A stretch of DNA of 24,885 nucleotides from Candidatus Woesearchaeota archaeon. GTDB taxonomy: Archaea > Nanobdellota > Nanobdellia > Woesearchaeales > UBA10216. Below, one piece after another: positions 7,172 through 17,046 of the stretch. The notes beneath the pieces were generated by a model that saw nothing but the letters and a program-made list of their open reading frames with translations, did not search any database and had not been told where the DNA came from. The stretch's first letter is position 1, and each line of letters begins with the position of its first letter. Location: contig JACPBX010000020.1 in the NCBI GenBank assembly GCA_016180085.1, positions 1 through 24,885 on the forward strand. Reading direction: 5' to 3'. The translations under genes were made by a program, and so were the position numbers.

Positions 7172-7621
7172 ATGGACAACCGCCCTTTTGCTTTAGGCAA
7201 AAACAAGGCACAGGATGCTCCTGCTTCTGCCTCTTTTAACCAGGGCATCGCCGAAGTTGAAAGGAGGCTAAGGGCGCTTGAGGAGCGCTATTCAACCATT
7301 GAGCGCAGAAGCCAGGTCACAGAGGAAAACATGCTCTCAAGCGACCGGAAGATAAGGGCAGAGGTAAAGATGCTCAACAGCGAGGCTTCTGAAATCAAGG
7401 GCCAGATTGCTGACCTGACTGAGAAAATCAAGTCCCTTATCAGGGAGCTTCAGGGCTTTGCCAGGGTTGAGGACGTTGACGTCATAAAAAAGTACCTCAA
7501 TCTCATTGAGCCTTTGGGCTTTGTAACCCAGAATGAAGTGGAACGGATAGCCAGGCAGGCTGTTGACGAAGCCATCGCAAAGCAGGTTAGCGAAGAAGGC
7601 AGCGAAAAAAGGCAGGAATAA
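7172..7621 (+). CDS. Coiled-coil hypothetical protein
   Basis: 149-aa ORF with heptad pattern (VERRLRALEERYSTIERR); divergent from the ATPase across an AT-rich 56-bp spacer. Confidence 0.75.
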   Translation: MDNRPFALGKNKAQDAPASASFNQGIAEVERRLRALEERYSTIERRSQVTEENMLSSDRKIRAEVKMLNSEASEIKGQIADLTEKIKSLIRELQGFARVEDVDVIKKYLNLIEPLGFVTQNEVERIARQAVDEAIAKQVSEEGSEKRQE

Positions 7622-7674
7622 GTTTTTATACCATTTATGCCAAATAATCAAATTTGAATAAAAAAGTGGTGAGC

Positions 7675-8508
7675 ATGGGACTATTTGACTTTGGGAAGAG
7701 AAAAGAGCAACAGATGCCTCAGCAGCCGAGAGTGCCTGTTGACGAGGTTTTAAGGATGAGGGCGCAAGGCCTGTCAAGCAACCAGATAGTTCAGGCCCTC
7801 CAGAGAAACGGTTACCAGACGCATCAGATTTTTGATGCGCTTAGCCAGTCTGACCTGAGGGTGCCGGCTGCGATGCAAGGCATGCAGGGAACGCCAGGCC
7901 AGCCTGGCCAGCGGCCGCAGCAGCCTATGCAGGGCGCACAGGGCGAAAGCCCAGGCACGCTTGGCATGCCTCCTGACCTGCCCCAGATCGGGGAAGGAAT
8001 TGAAGGCATGGAAAATGAGGCTAACATCACAGGCCCTCAGAGCCCTGAAGAGCTGGCAAACTTCGGGGAAGCTGGGCAAATGCCTGAAGGCAGCCAAGGC
8101 GGTGAAGGGTTTGGCGCGGCTGCACCTCCCCAGGGTTATGGTGGCGGCTATAGTGGCTATGGAGGCCCTGATGTTTCCGCGAAGGTTGAGGAAATAAGCG
8201 AGGCCATTATCGAGGAGAAATGGCAGGACCTCATGAAAGACTTTAACAAGCTCATGGAGTGGAAGGGCAGCGTGGAGCAGCGCATGTCTGTCCTTGAGCA
8301 GCGATTCTCAGACATGAAAGCAGCTTTTGACAGCCTTCAGAAAGGCGTTGTTGACAAGGTAAGCGATTACGACAAGAGCGTCAAGGATGTTGGCTCGGAG
8401 ATGAAAGCACTCGAGCAGGTGTTCCAGAAAATAATCCCGACCCTGACTGAGAACGTCAACGAGCTTTCAAGGATAACAAAGGGAATGAAGGCAGCGCCGA
8501 AAAAATAA
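7675..8508 (+). CDS. Hypothetical protein: small N-terminal helical domain, Q/G/P-rich linker, C-terminal coiled coil
   Basis: GGTGA RBS before ATG 7675; low-complexity centre; C-terminal heptads (EAIIEEKWQDL...KALEQVFQKIIP). Confidence 0.8.
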   Translation: MGLFDFGKRKEQQMPQQPRVPVDEVLRMRAQGLSSNQIVQALQRNGYQTHQIFDALSQSDLRVPAAMQGMQGTPGQPGQRPQQPMQGAQGESPGTLGMPPDLPQIGEGIEGMENEANITGPQSPEELANFGEAGQMPEGSQGGEGFGAAAPPQGYGGGYSGYGGPDVSAKVEEISEAIIEEKWQDLMKDFNKLMEWKGSVEQRMSVLEQRFSDMKAAFDSLQKGVVDKVSDYDKSVKDVGSEMKALEQVFQKIIPTLTENVNELSRITKGMKAAPKK

Positions 8509-8523
8509 GAAACTTCTTTAGAA

Positions 8524-9078
8524 TTATTTCACAGCCCCTCCGCCGCCTGCCAGAAGCACCAAGGTCATAGCCGCAATAGACAGGATGAGAATTAAGCCTA
8601 ACACTTTTGGGTCTGTCAGCACGCCAATGAACGGCCTTTGCTGTTGCTCTTCTGAAAGTGCCTCGGATATAATTTCACCTGTTGCCCCTTCTGCTGCAGG
8701 TTTCGGCTCTGGCCCCTGGGTCCAGGCAATGACGAGTATGATAAACATCGGTATTATGAGATACCATGTTAACCCTCTCCCGCCAAAGTTCGATATTATC
8801 TCCTTGGTTTCCAGCCCTGCAAACTGGCCCAGCATGAGGACGAATAAAAGCAAGGCTGCCAGAACAACAACCCAGGGAAGCATAGATGTTATCAGGTTCG
8901 TGCCTCCTCCTGTCAGGACTATCACGGCTGTTATTGCAAACGCGAAAAGCGCATGAAGCCCCTTGTTCTTGAGAAGGTTGGTTACCTCAAGGACCCCATA
9001 GACAATGACGAAAATGAGAATCCAGACGAATATGTCTGTAAAGCCTTTCAAAAGCCCTAAATCCAAAACAGTTGCCAT
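8524..9078 (-). CDS. Multi-pass membrane protein, paralog 3 of tandem trio
   Basis: Probable start ATG 9078; GFTDIFVWILIFVIVYGVL aligns with the two upstream paralogs. Confidence 0.75.
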   Translation of the reverse strand: MATVLDLGLLKGFTDIFVWILIFVIVYGVLEVTNLLKNKGLHALFAFAITAVIVLTGGGTNLITSMLPWVVVLAALLLFVLMLGQFAGLETKEIISNFGGRGLTWYLIIPMFIILVIAWTQGPEPKPAAEGATGEIISEALSEEQQQRPFIGVLTDPKVLGLILILSIAAMTLVLLAGGGGAVK

Positions 9079-9155
9079 CTTTCCTGACAAGCCACAGCCA
9101 CAGCAGAGCCGCACGCAGCTTGAGCGTGGTATGCCCGATGCCAGCTGCTACGCTG

Positions 9156-9743
9156 CTACTTTCCTCCTGTTATCTTTTTCCAGGCATTTCCCACATCTTC
9201 AAGAGGCGAGTCAGCCGTTATCAGGAATATCACCAGGGCAAATACAAGGATTATAACAAGAAGCGCCTGAATGTCGGGATTTGCCAGTATTGACAGCATG
9301 CCGAAGGTTTGCCACCAGCCTGCAGAGAGGCCGAAAATGTAGATTATTCCTATTACGCTCAGGAAAGCGAAGATGCCTCCGCCCGGTATGCCTTCCTTGT
9401 TCGGGCGGAATATCCCAACCATGATAAGGGCAGCAACTATTATGACAATTACGAGAGAAACATTTGGCAAAGCGCTGTTTATTATGTTGACAACATCACG
9501 ACCGGGAGGATAGGTTCCCATGACGTGCGGGATAACCACCAGCAGAGCCATCACAAGCGCCACCATCACGTGTATGCCCTTCTTGTCGCCAAGCACCTTG
9601 GTTGTCCTTATCACAGTGTAGACAATTGCAAAGATGAGTATGAATGGCAGTATTGCGTCAAGCAGCCCAAACTGCTCAAGCTGTATGAGAAAGTCCGGCA
9701 CGTTCCTTACGCCGGTAAAGGTCTGAAGCACAACAGGCAGCAT
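9156..9743 (-). CDS. Multi-pass membrane protein, paralog 2 of tandem trio
   Basis: GGTGA RBS; GLLDAILPFILIFAIVYTVIRTTKVLG motif; ~5-6 TM segments. Confidence 0.8.
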   Translation of the reverse strand: MLPVVLQTFTGVRNVPDFLIQLEQFGLLDAILPFILIFAIVYTVIRTTKVLGDKKGIHVMVALVMALLVVIPHVMGTYPPGRDVVNIINSALPNVSLVIVIIVAALIMVGIFRPNKEGIPGGGIFAFLSVIGIIYIFGLSAGWWQTFGMLSILANPDIQALLVIILVFALVIFLITADSPLEDVGNAWKKITGGK

Positions 9744-9827
9744 TTTTGTTCACCTTTTAACTCTTTTTACCCATTAATTTCTTATTTACCTTCCTGATTC
9801 ACTGAACTCTGCTGTTTTTATATCTTT

Positions 9828-10403
9828 TTATGTTTTGGCGGCTGGCGATAACGGCTTCCCGCTACTTGTTACGTATATCATGGCAGCAATAACCAGGCCT
9901 ATGAGCACTATTGTTGCTACGGAAACATTGTCTGAAAACTGGGAGAGCCAGCCAAATATCCACTCCAGCCAGGTCTTATCATCTGTCTTAATAGCGTTAA
10001 GGAATATCCCGAACAGGCCTACGAAGACTATGAGTATGAAAAGCGTTTTCCACGGCCCCTCAAGCGCAAACCCCTTCTCGTCAGTCTGGTGGTGGAATGA
10101 GCCGATGAGCATGAGGAAAAACACCGAAGCAAGCAGCAGTATGACTACGTTTGCCGATATCTGCGTCAGGGCCTCCACAACCCTGCTTGAGGCAACTGCA
10201 AAGAAGGCTATGGCAAACGCGGCAAGCGAGTTAAGGTTTTTCTTTGTGTAATGCTTGCCATCTATGACTTCGGTGCCAAACACCCTGGTCTTCTCAAGTA
10301 TTGCAAATACTATCGTAAAGACAAGGAGGAAAGGCAGCACAACGTCAAGAACCCCAATCTTCTCAAGGAAGTCAAAGGTTCCCCTGAATGTTGATTCTGC
10401 CAT
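9828..10403 (-). CDS. Multi-pass membrane protein, paralog 1 of tandem trio
   Basis: GVLDVVLPFLLVFTIVFAILEKTRVFG motif; ~5 TM segments. Confidence 0.8.
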   Translation of the reverse strand: MAESTFRGTFDFLEKIGVLDVVLPFLLVFTIVFAILEKTRVFGTEVIDGKHYTKKNLNSLAAFAIAFFAVASSRVVEALTQISANVVILLLASVFFLMLIGSFHHQTDEKGFALEGPWKTLFILIVFVGLFGIFLNAIKTDDKTWLEWIFGWLSQFSDNVSVATIVLIGLVIAAMIYVTSSGKPLSPAAKT

Positions 10404-10517
10404 TTCGCTAGCTTACACCTTTTTTCTTTTTTATCAAATTGCCGAAAAGCGTTTATAAATGTTTCGATGCGGAAAACGCAGATAATTTTATATAATCGCT
10501 ATTCAAACTAAAAGAGC

Positions 10518-10796
10518 ATGTTTTTCGGCTACGATTCAACAGCTTTCGCTTCGGGATGGGCTGTTTTTGCGCTGGCATTCTCGCTCTGGGAACTGACCTG
10601 GAAGGGCTTTGGGCTGTGGAGGGCTGCCAGGAACAGCCACAGGTGGTGGTTTGTGTCAATCCTGGTGTTTAACACGCTGGGCATACTGCCAATACTGTAC
10701 TACTTCTTCTTTTCAGGAAGGCAGCAGCAGGCTGCAGCCGCAGCCCAAACAAGGCAAACAGCCAGAAAGGCAAGGAAGAAGCGCTGGGTCAGCTGA
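10518..10796 (+). CDS. DUF5652-family small membrane protein
   Basis: W-x3-WKG-x-LW-x-AARN-x3-WF-x-N-T-LGILPILY pattern; TTTTATATAA upstream. Confidence 0.7.
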   Translation: MFFGYDSTAFASGWAVFALAFSLWELTWKGFGLWRAARNSHRWWFVSILVFNTLGILPILYYFFFSGRQQQAAAAAQTRQTARKARKKRWVS

Positions 10797-11544
10797 AAAG
10801 GTGCTGGTAGTTGCTGTAGATGATGTTTGCAACCTCTTCAGCAACCATGCCTTTGATTTCCGCAATTCTTGCCACTGTTGCAGCAACATGGGCAGGCTCG
10901 CTTTTGCCTCCCTTTTCAGAAGCAAGGAAAGGCGCATCGGTTTCTGTCAGCAGCCTTGACAACGGCAGTGTTTTCGCGATTGCCTGGAAATGGCTGCTCC
11001 TTTGGATGTTTGTAGGTATCGTGACATAAAATCCTGCTGCCGCAGCCTCCTTGACGAGCTTCAAGCTGCCGTGAAAGGCGTGCAGTACGGCTTTCTTGCA
11101 GCCGCAGCGAATCAGCGTATCAACCACCGCCTTTTCCGCATTTCTTGAATGCACAATCACAGGCTTGCCAATCGCCCTTGCCAGCTTCAACTGCTGCTCA
11201 AACAGCCGCTGCTGCAGCTGCCTTTCTTTTTCGCTCTTGGCTTCCTGGTAGTCAAGGCCGATTTCGCCAATGGCAACAATTTTACCATTGTTGCTGCGGA
11301 TGAAATCCAGTTCCTTCTCAACCGCTGCTGCCGACAACTTAAGAGCCTCTGTGGGATATAATCCCAACGCAGCCTTAACGATTTTAAATTGTTGCTGAAG
11401 CTCCAGGCTTTTCCTGTTGGAATCAGGATCGATGCCGCTGGTTATTATCGCCTTAACCCCGGCAGCGGCTGCCCTCTTAACCACAGCAGTTCTTTCTTCT
11501 TCACCGAATATGTCAAGGTGGGCGTGGACATCAGCGAGGAGCAT
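10789..11544 (-). CDS. tatD: TatD-family deoxyribonuclease
   Basis: DVHAHLD, AIGEIGLDY, PVIVHSR, LHAF, LTETDAPF motifs; start ATG 11544. Confidence 0.92.
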   Translation of the reverse strand: MLLADVHAHLDIFGEEERTAVVKRAAAAGVKAIITSGIDPDSNRKSLELQQQFKIVKAALGLYPTEALKLSAAAVEKELDFIRSNNGKIVAIGEIGLDYQEAKSEKERQLQQRLFEQQLKLARAIGKPVIVHSRNAEKAVVDTLIRCGCKKAVLHAFHGSLKLVKEAAAAGFYVTIPTNIQRSSHFQAIAKTLPLSRLLTETDAPFLASEKGGKSEPAHVAATVARIAEIKGMVAEEVANIIYSNYQHLFS

Positions 11545-11599
11545 TTTCAATGCAACATAACACAACCTTTAAATATTTACCCGTGGAGCTGTTTTTCCC

Positions 11600-12058
11600 A
11601 TGACAATAGCCGGATTCACATTTACAAGGATGCTTGTGGAAAGGAAGTCACAGGCAAAAGGCGCTGTTAACATAAACAGCAACATAGGCGTTGTTTCAGC
11701 AGACGAGATAGACTTTGTAATGGGCGCGCAAAAGCAGAAAGGCATAAAGGTCCTGTTTGACTACAGGAACACGTATACGCCGGACCTCGGCATCCTGATT
11801 CTTGATGGCGAAATATTCTACCTCTCAGACCAAAAAAGGCACGACGACCTCATGAAGACGTGGAAAAAAGACAAGAAGTTTCCTGATGACGTTATGGTTG
11901 AGCTTTACAACATCATTTCTGTGAGGGGCGCACTGCAGGCAATCCAGCTTTCAAGCACTGTCGGCTTGCCTCCGCCAATCCCGCTGCCAAAGTTCACAAG
12001 GGGGCAGGCGCAGGGACAGACAGTACAGCAGCCTCAGCAAAAGGGAAAAAAGGGCTAA
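11600..12058 (+). CDS. Conserved archaeal hypothetical protein (possible SecB-like fold)
   Basis: Beta-rich N-terminal half, 'YTPDLGILILDGEIFY', C-terminal 'VGLPPPIPLPKF' recalled from a conserved archaeal family; the fold assignment is tentative. Confidence 0.6.
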   Translation: MTIAGFTFTRMLVERKSQAKGAVNINSNIGVVSADEIDFVMGAQKQKGIKVLFDYRNTYTPDLGILILDGEIFYLSDQKRHDDLMKTWKKDKKFPDDVMVELYNIISVRGALQAIQLSSTVGLPPPIPLPKFTRGQAQGQTVQQPQQKGKKG

Positions 12059-12155
12059 AGGGCTGAACAGCTAGTTTCTGCAGGGCATTTTAAGCAAAAC
12101 TAAGGAAACCAAGCGAAACATTTATCTATTTAGTTTCATTATCTGAACCGGGAAA

Positions 12156-14528
12156 ATGGCAGAAACAGAGCTGAAGCTGAAAGTCGCAGAAGCAGTGCAG
12201 GATGACGTCAACAAGGGCATAGTCAGGATAGACACCACGCTAATGCACGAGATTGTCGTGAGGCCCGGCGACATTGTTGAGATAGAGGGCAGCCGCGTTA
12301 CAGTGGGCATTGCAGACCGTGCCTATCCCGGAGACATTGGCCTTAGCATAATAAGGATGGACGGGATAATAAGAAGGAATGCCAGGGCCGGCATTGGCGA
12401 GCTCGTCAGGATAAGGAAGGCTGACATAAAGGGCGCAAAAAAGGTCATCATAGCGCCTGCAAGGAAGGGCATTATGATCAGGGCAAGTTCTGAGATATTC
12501 AAGCAGGGGCTGCTTGGAAGGGCTGTTGTCAAGGGCGACATTGTGGCGTTGGGCGGAACAACAAGGAGAAGGACAACCTTTGTCCACAGCCCGTTCGAGG
12601 AGATATTCAAGATGCTTGACGAGGTTGACGAGGATGTCATGGGTCTGGGCTTCTCTGACATCAAGTTCATCGTTGTCGATACACTGCCAAAGGGCGCTGT
12701 GATAATCACAGACCTGACAGAGGTTGTTTTCAACCCTGAGGCTTCCGACATGGCTGAAGAGCCAAGGCTGGACATAACCTACGAGGACATTGGAGGATTG
12801 TCAGAGGAAATAAAGAAGGTAAGGGAAATGGTAGAGCTGCCATTGAAGCACCCCGAGATTTTTGAAAGGCTGGGCATAGACGCCCCAAAGGGCGTGCTGC
12901 TTCATGGCCCTCCTGGAACGGGCAAGACGCTCGTTGCCAAGGCTGTCGCGAATGAGACAAACGCCTATTTCACGCACATAAACGGCCCTGAAATAATGTC
13001 CAAGTTTTACGGCCAGAGCGAGCAAAACCTTCGCAAGAAGTTTGAGGAAGCCGAGAAGAACGCACCAGCAATCATCTTCATCGACGAGATTGACGCCATA
13101 GCCAGCAAGAGGGAAGAGCTGCACGGAGAGGTTGAAAGGAGGGTCGTAGCGCAGCTTCTTGCCCTGATGGACGGGCTGAAGGAAAGAGGCAAGGTTGTAG
13201 TCATAGCAGCAACAAATGTTCCAAATCTTTTGGACCCGGCACTGAGAAGGCCCGGAAGGTTTGACCGCGAGATCGAGATTGGTGTTCCGGGCAAGGAAGG
13301 CAGGCTTGACATTCTCAAGATACACACCAGAAACATGCCCATTGGCAAGGAGGCCTCAAAAAACAGGGAAGGAACCGGAACCGACCTGAAAGCCAGAAGG
13401 TTCATAGCTTTGGATGACAGGGAGAGGGAAAGGCTGCTAAAGGACATTGCCGCACACACCCACGGCTTTGTGGGCGCTGACCTTGCAATGCTGTGCAAGG
13501 AAGCTGCCATGATTGTCCTGAGGCGCGTTTTGCCGGAGCTTCTGGTCAAGGGCAAGATTAGCGAGGACGAGCCTATCCCTGAAAACGTTCTTGAGCAGCT
13601 TATGGTGACTGCAAAGGACTTCGCAGAGGCCCAGAAGGCTGTCAGGCCGTCAGCAATGAGGGAAGTCCTGGTTGAAATTCCAAGCGTCAGGTGGAAAGAC
13701 ATTGGGGGATTGGAAGACGTGAAGCAGCAGCTGATTGAAGCTGTTGAGTGGCCAATAAAGAACCCTGAAGCCTTCAGGAAGCTTGGTGTCAGGCCTCCAA
13801 GGGGCATTCTTCTTTACGGGGCACCGGGCACAGGCAAAAGCCTCCTTGCGAAAGCAGTTGCCACGGAGTCAGAGGCGAACTTCATACTCGTGAAAGGGCC
13901 TGAGCTGCTGTCAAAATGGGTTGGCGAATCAGAAAAAGCAGTCAGGGAGGTTTTCAAGAAGGCAAGGCAGACCGCACCCACCATAATATTCTTTGACGAG
14001 CTTGACTCATTAACCCCTAAAAGGGGAATCAGCCATGACAGCCACGTAACCGAGAGGGTCGTCAACCAGCTCCTTACCGAGGTTGACGGCCTTGAAGAGC
14101 TGTACGACACAGTCATCATTGGTGCAACCAACAGGCCGGACATGATTGACCCTGCACTGCTAAGGCCCGGAAGGTTTGACAGGCTCATACTGACGCCGGT
14201 GCCTGACGTCAAATCGCGCTTGGAGATATTCAAGGTTCACACCAAAAACATGCCCTTAAAGGACGTGAACCTAGAGAAGTTCGCCCAGCTGACCGAGGGC
14301 TATGCCGGGGCTGACATTGAGGCTGTCTGCAGGGAGGCAGCGATACTGGCTTTGAGGGAAAGCATGGCGGCAAAGGCTGTTGAGGAAAGGCACTTCATGG
14401 AAGCCCTCAAAAAGGTAAGGCCATCTGTCACGAAAGAGATTGAAAAAGCCTACGAAGACGTCAGGGAGTCAATCAGCACTGCAAGGGCAAAGGAGATCAA
14501 GGAAGAAAGGCCCATGTACATGGGTTAA
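12156..14528 (+). CDS. cdc48: CDC48/VCP-family AAA+ ATPase
   Basis: N-domain [16 protein letters not shown]; D1 [15 protein letters not shown]; D2 [15 protein letters not shown]; two DPALxRPGRFD motifs; C-terminal YMG. Confidence 0.95.
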   Translation: MAETELKLKVAEAVQDDVNKGIVRIDTTLMHEIVVRPGDIVEIEGSRVTVGIADRAYPGDIGLSIIRMDGIIRRNARAGIGELVRIRKADIKGAKKVIIAPARKGIMIRASSEIFKQGLLGRAVVKGDIVALGGTTRRRTTFVHSPFEEIFKMLDEVDEDVMGLGFSDIKFIVVDTLPKGAVIITDLTEVVFNPEASDMAEEPRLDITYEDIGGLSEEIKKVREMVELPLKHPEIFERLGIDAPKGVLLHGPPGTGKTLVAKAVANETNAYFTHINGPEIMSKFYGQSEQNLRKKFEEAEKNAPAIIFIDEIDAIASKREELHGEVERRVVAQLLALMDGLKERGKVVVIAATNVPNLLDPALRRPGRFDREIEIGVPGKEGRLDILKIHTRNMPIGKEASKNREGTGTDLKARRFIALDDRERERLLKDIAAHTHGFVGADLAMLCKEAAMIVLRRVLPELLVKGKISEDEPIPENVLEQLMVTAKDFAEAQKAVRPSAMREVLVEIPSVRWKDIGGLEDVKQQLIEAVEWPIKNPEAFRKLGVRPPRGILLYGAPGTGKSLLAKAVATESEANFILVKGPELLSKWVGESEKAVREVFKKARQTAPTIIFFDELDSLTPKRGISHDSHVTERVVNQLLTEVDGLEELYDTVIIGATNRPDMIDPALLRPGRFDRLILTPVPDVKSRLEIFKVHTKNMPLKDVNLEKFAQLTEGYAGADIEAVCREAAILALRESMAAKAVEERHFMEALKKVRPSVTKEIEKAYEDVRESISTARAKEIKEERPMYMG

Positions 14529-14613
14529 CCCGAGTAATCAAAAAAACTCTATTTTTAATCACTCAGCTGCAAGCAAAAAGTTTTATATACACGTATTCTG
14601 AAAAAGAGTCATT

Positions 14614-14904
14614 ATGGCTAACCTGATGCTCATAGCTGCTGCGGTTGTCGGAGGGTTTGCCCTCCTTCGCATTATCATGGGTAGCTCAAGCAGCTATTCA
14701 GCCCGGCACGGCTCTGTGAGAAGTGCGGAGTCCAAGCTTACCAAGGTTGAGGCTTACGAGAACCAGATTAACAGGCTGCAGCGCTTTGTGAGAACAGCGC
14801 CCAGCGACAGGCAGCGCGAGCTTGCTGCGAAGACACTTGAAAGGTTTCTGAAGCAGAAGGAAAGGCTCAAGCGCAGCACAGAGCGCCTGGTGAAGAAATC
14901 ATAA
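14614..14904 (+). CDS. Small membrane-anchored coiled-coil hypothetical protein
   Basis: N-terminal hydrophobic helix, basic helical tail; AAAAAG-TTTTATATA (BRE-TATA) at ~14575-14589. Confidence 0.65.
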   Translation: MANLMLIAAAVVGGFALLRIIMGSSSSYSARHGSVRSAESKLTKVEAYENQINRLQRFVRTAPSDRQRELAAKTLERFLKQKERLKRSTERLVKKS

Positions 14905-14945
14905 GTTTAATATAGCAACTGTTTCTAAGCATAAGCTGGACCTAA

Positions 14946-16280
14946 ATGGCAACTGCAATTCCAAAACCAGGCGATTTCGTTGAGGTCGTAACAGCAGACG
15001 AGACGATAAAAGGCACGCTCCTCCAGAGCCCGGAGCTTGAGAAAAGCGTTGTGGTAATAAAGCTCGGTAGCGGCTACAACATCGGGATTTCTAAAGATAA
15101 GGTTAAAAGAATCACAGTCGTTCCGCCCCAGCAGCAACAGGAGGAAAAAGAAGAAAAGGGAATCACTGCAGCAGCCGCTACGACTAAAAAGCAGAAGCTT
15201 CCAAAAATCTCGATACTGCACACTGGAGGAACTATTGCGAGCAAGGTGGACTACAGGACTGGTGGTGTAATAGCGAAATTCCTGCCTGAGGAAATCCTTG
15301 CAATGTTTCCTGAGCTTAAGGAGATTGCAAACATAGACTCCAAGCTCATTAGGAACATGTGGTCAGAGGACATGAGATTTGCCCACTACAACCTTATGGC
15401 AAAGGAAGCTGCAAAAGAGGCTGCAAAAGGTATTGATGGAATAATCATCACACATGGCACAGACACCATGCACTACAGCTCAGCTGCCCTCGCGTTTGCA
15501 CTTGAAGGTATTGGAATCCCTGTCATTTTGGTTGGCTCACAAAGAAGCTCTGACAGGGGAAGCACAGACTCTGCCCTAAATCTTGTTGCCGCGGCTTACT
15601 TCATTGCGCACGCAGATTTCTCAGGAGTGGCAATATGCATGCATGAAAACATGAGTGACAATGCCTGTCTTATACTTCCGGCAACGAAAACCAGGAAGAT
15701 GCACACAAGCAGGCGAGATGCATTCAGGGCGATAAATTCAACCGCAATTGCCCGGGTAGAGGTAGAGAACAACAACATCTCTTTCCTATCAGGCAACCAC
15801 GCAAAGAAAAACAAGGACAGCAAAATAATGCTTAAGCTGTTTGATGAAAAACTCAGAGTTGGCATCCTAAAAACCCACCCAAACATGCACGCTGAAGAAT
15901 TCAAGGCATACCAAAGCTATGATGGTCTGGTGATAGAAGGATTTGCTCTTGGCCATGCGCCTGTAAGTGCCATAGATGAGTTCACAACTGAACACAAAAA
16001 AATCCTTGCTGCAATTGAGGCGCTGTGCAAAAAGATGCCTGTAGTAATGGCCTCGCAGTGCATATACGGAAGGCTGCAGATGAATGTATACCAAACAGCC
16101 CGCGATATCCAAGCAGCTGGAGTGGCTGGCCACCTCAGCGACATGACGCCTGAAACAACCTTCATCAAGCTCGCATGGCTCCTGAGCAACTACAAAAAAG
16201 CAGAAGTCAAGGATTTGATAACCAAAAACCTCCGCGGCGAGATAACGGAGAGGACAGAGCCTGCCGATTTCTTGGTTTAG
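14946..16280 (+). CDS. gatD: Glu-tRNA(Gln) amidotransferase subunit D
   Basis: N-terminal KLGSGYNIGI domain plus asparaginase-like core TGGTIAS, HGTDT, GSQRSSDR, KMHTSRRDAF. Confidence 0.93.
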   Translation: MATAIPKPGDFVEVVTADETIKGTLLQSPELEKSVVVIKLGSGYNIGISKDKVKRITVVPPQQQQEEKEEKGITAAAATTKKQKLPKISILHTGGTIASKVDYRTGGVIAKFLPEEILAMFPELKEIANIDSKLIRNMWSEDMRFAHYNLMAKEAAKEAAKGIDGIIITHGTDTMHYSSAALAFALEGIGIPVILVGSQRSSDRGSTDSALNLVAAAYFIAHADFSGVAICMHENMSDNACLILPATKTRKMHTSRRDAFRAINSTAIARVEVENNNISFLSGNHAKKNKDSKIMLKLFDEKLRVGILKTHPNMHAEEFKAYQSYDGLVIEGFALGHAPVSAIDEFTTEHKKILAAIEALCKKMPVVMASQCIYGRLQMNVYQTARDIQAAGVAGHLSDMTPETTFIKLAWLLSNYKKAEVKDLITKNLRGEITERTEPADFLV

Positions 16281-16320
16281 GAAGTTCAGGATTAAGCTTT
16301 TAAACGAATCCCCATTACCC

Positions 16321-16923
16321 TTGTCGCTTATGGGGAATAAACCAAATCTGGAAAGGCTGCTTGACGGCGATTTTGACGACTGGGTCCCTCCGCACATTAA
16401 GCAGGAAGGCATCGACACCGCAGCTATTAACGCATTCATTCACTTTTCCGGCAATAATGAAATTAAGACTCGGCTTTATCAGGGGATGAATCCGGAAACA
16501 GAAACTGCTCTTGTTGAAACCCTTGATTGGCTTGTTACGCAAGCAAGAAAGGAACAGTACGCTCTGCTGAGGGCAGACATCTGGAGGCAGCGTGAAGCAA
16601 TTAAGGCAGCGAAGAAGGAGATATTCCCGGATGGCCTGGCTGCAGCTGTTAAGGACGTCTATGTAACCTACCTGATAAAGCAGGGGCTGCCTGCCGGGAA
16701 GGCGAATTCATTTGCCAGGATAGCCTTGGCCTACGTGGACACAAATTTTCTGGCATGGCCATCAGGGCATTCCATTCACGAAGTGAAACCCAAGGGTTTT
16801 GGGCCCTATGCACTGCTGGTATACCCAATCAGGCGTGCTGTGAGGTTTTTCATGCTGAGGGGAGCGAACGCGGACAGTTTCTATAACTGGACAACAGGCC
16901 CAACAGGCCCCGCTGGAAGCTAA
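16321..16923 (+). CDS. Hypothetical protein
   Basis: 200-aa ORF with normal composition; no recognised motif; start may be ATG 16330. Confidence 0.6.
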   Translation: MSLMGNKPNLERLLDGDFDDWVPPHIKQEGIDTAAINAFIHFSGNNEIKTRLYQGMNPETETALVETLDWLVTQARKEQYALLRADIWRQREAIKAAKKEIFPDGLAAAVKDVYVTYLIKQGLPAGKANSFARIALAYVDTNFLAWPSGHSIHEVKPKGFGPYALLVYPIRRAVRFFMLRGANADSFYNWTTGPTGPAGS

Positions 16924-17046
16924 CTCCTTGGCATTGCTTCATTTCTGGTAACGCCAGTAAGGCCATTTTAACAGAAGGCTAAGAATCGATAAAAGAATCG
17001 GTAACTCAAAAGAAAGTTGGAATTTATCCTATCGGGCATAATCAGG

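Noticed and set aside
9010-9078. Class III (pilin) signal peptide 'KG-FT' in membrane paralog 3
   Set aside because: The Gly aligns with the family G-x-x-D motif, and the other two paralogs lack the basic residue. The protein is multi-pass.
9112-9142. Two short hairpins in the GC-rich spacer between membrane paralogs
   Set aside because: The stems are only 5 bp, one fails on the transcribed strand, and there is no match to the other elements.
12897-13244. Genome-wide CUG-to-Ser codon reassignment
   Set aside because: CTG codons occupy invariant Leu positions in CDC48 (GVLLHG at 12897, DPALRR at 13242).
13345-13430. Extra ~20 aa in CDC48 D1 as another palindromic insertion
   Set aside because: No strong hairpins or direct repeats; it looks like an ordinary variable loop.
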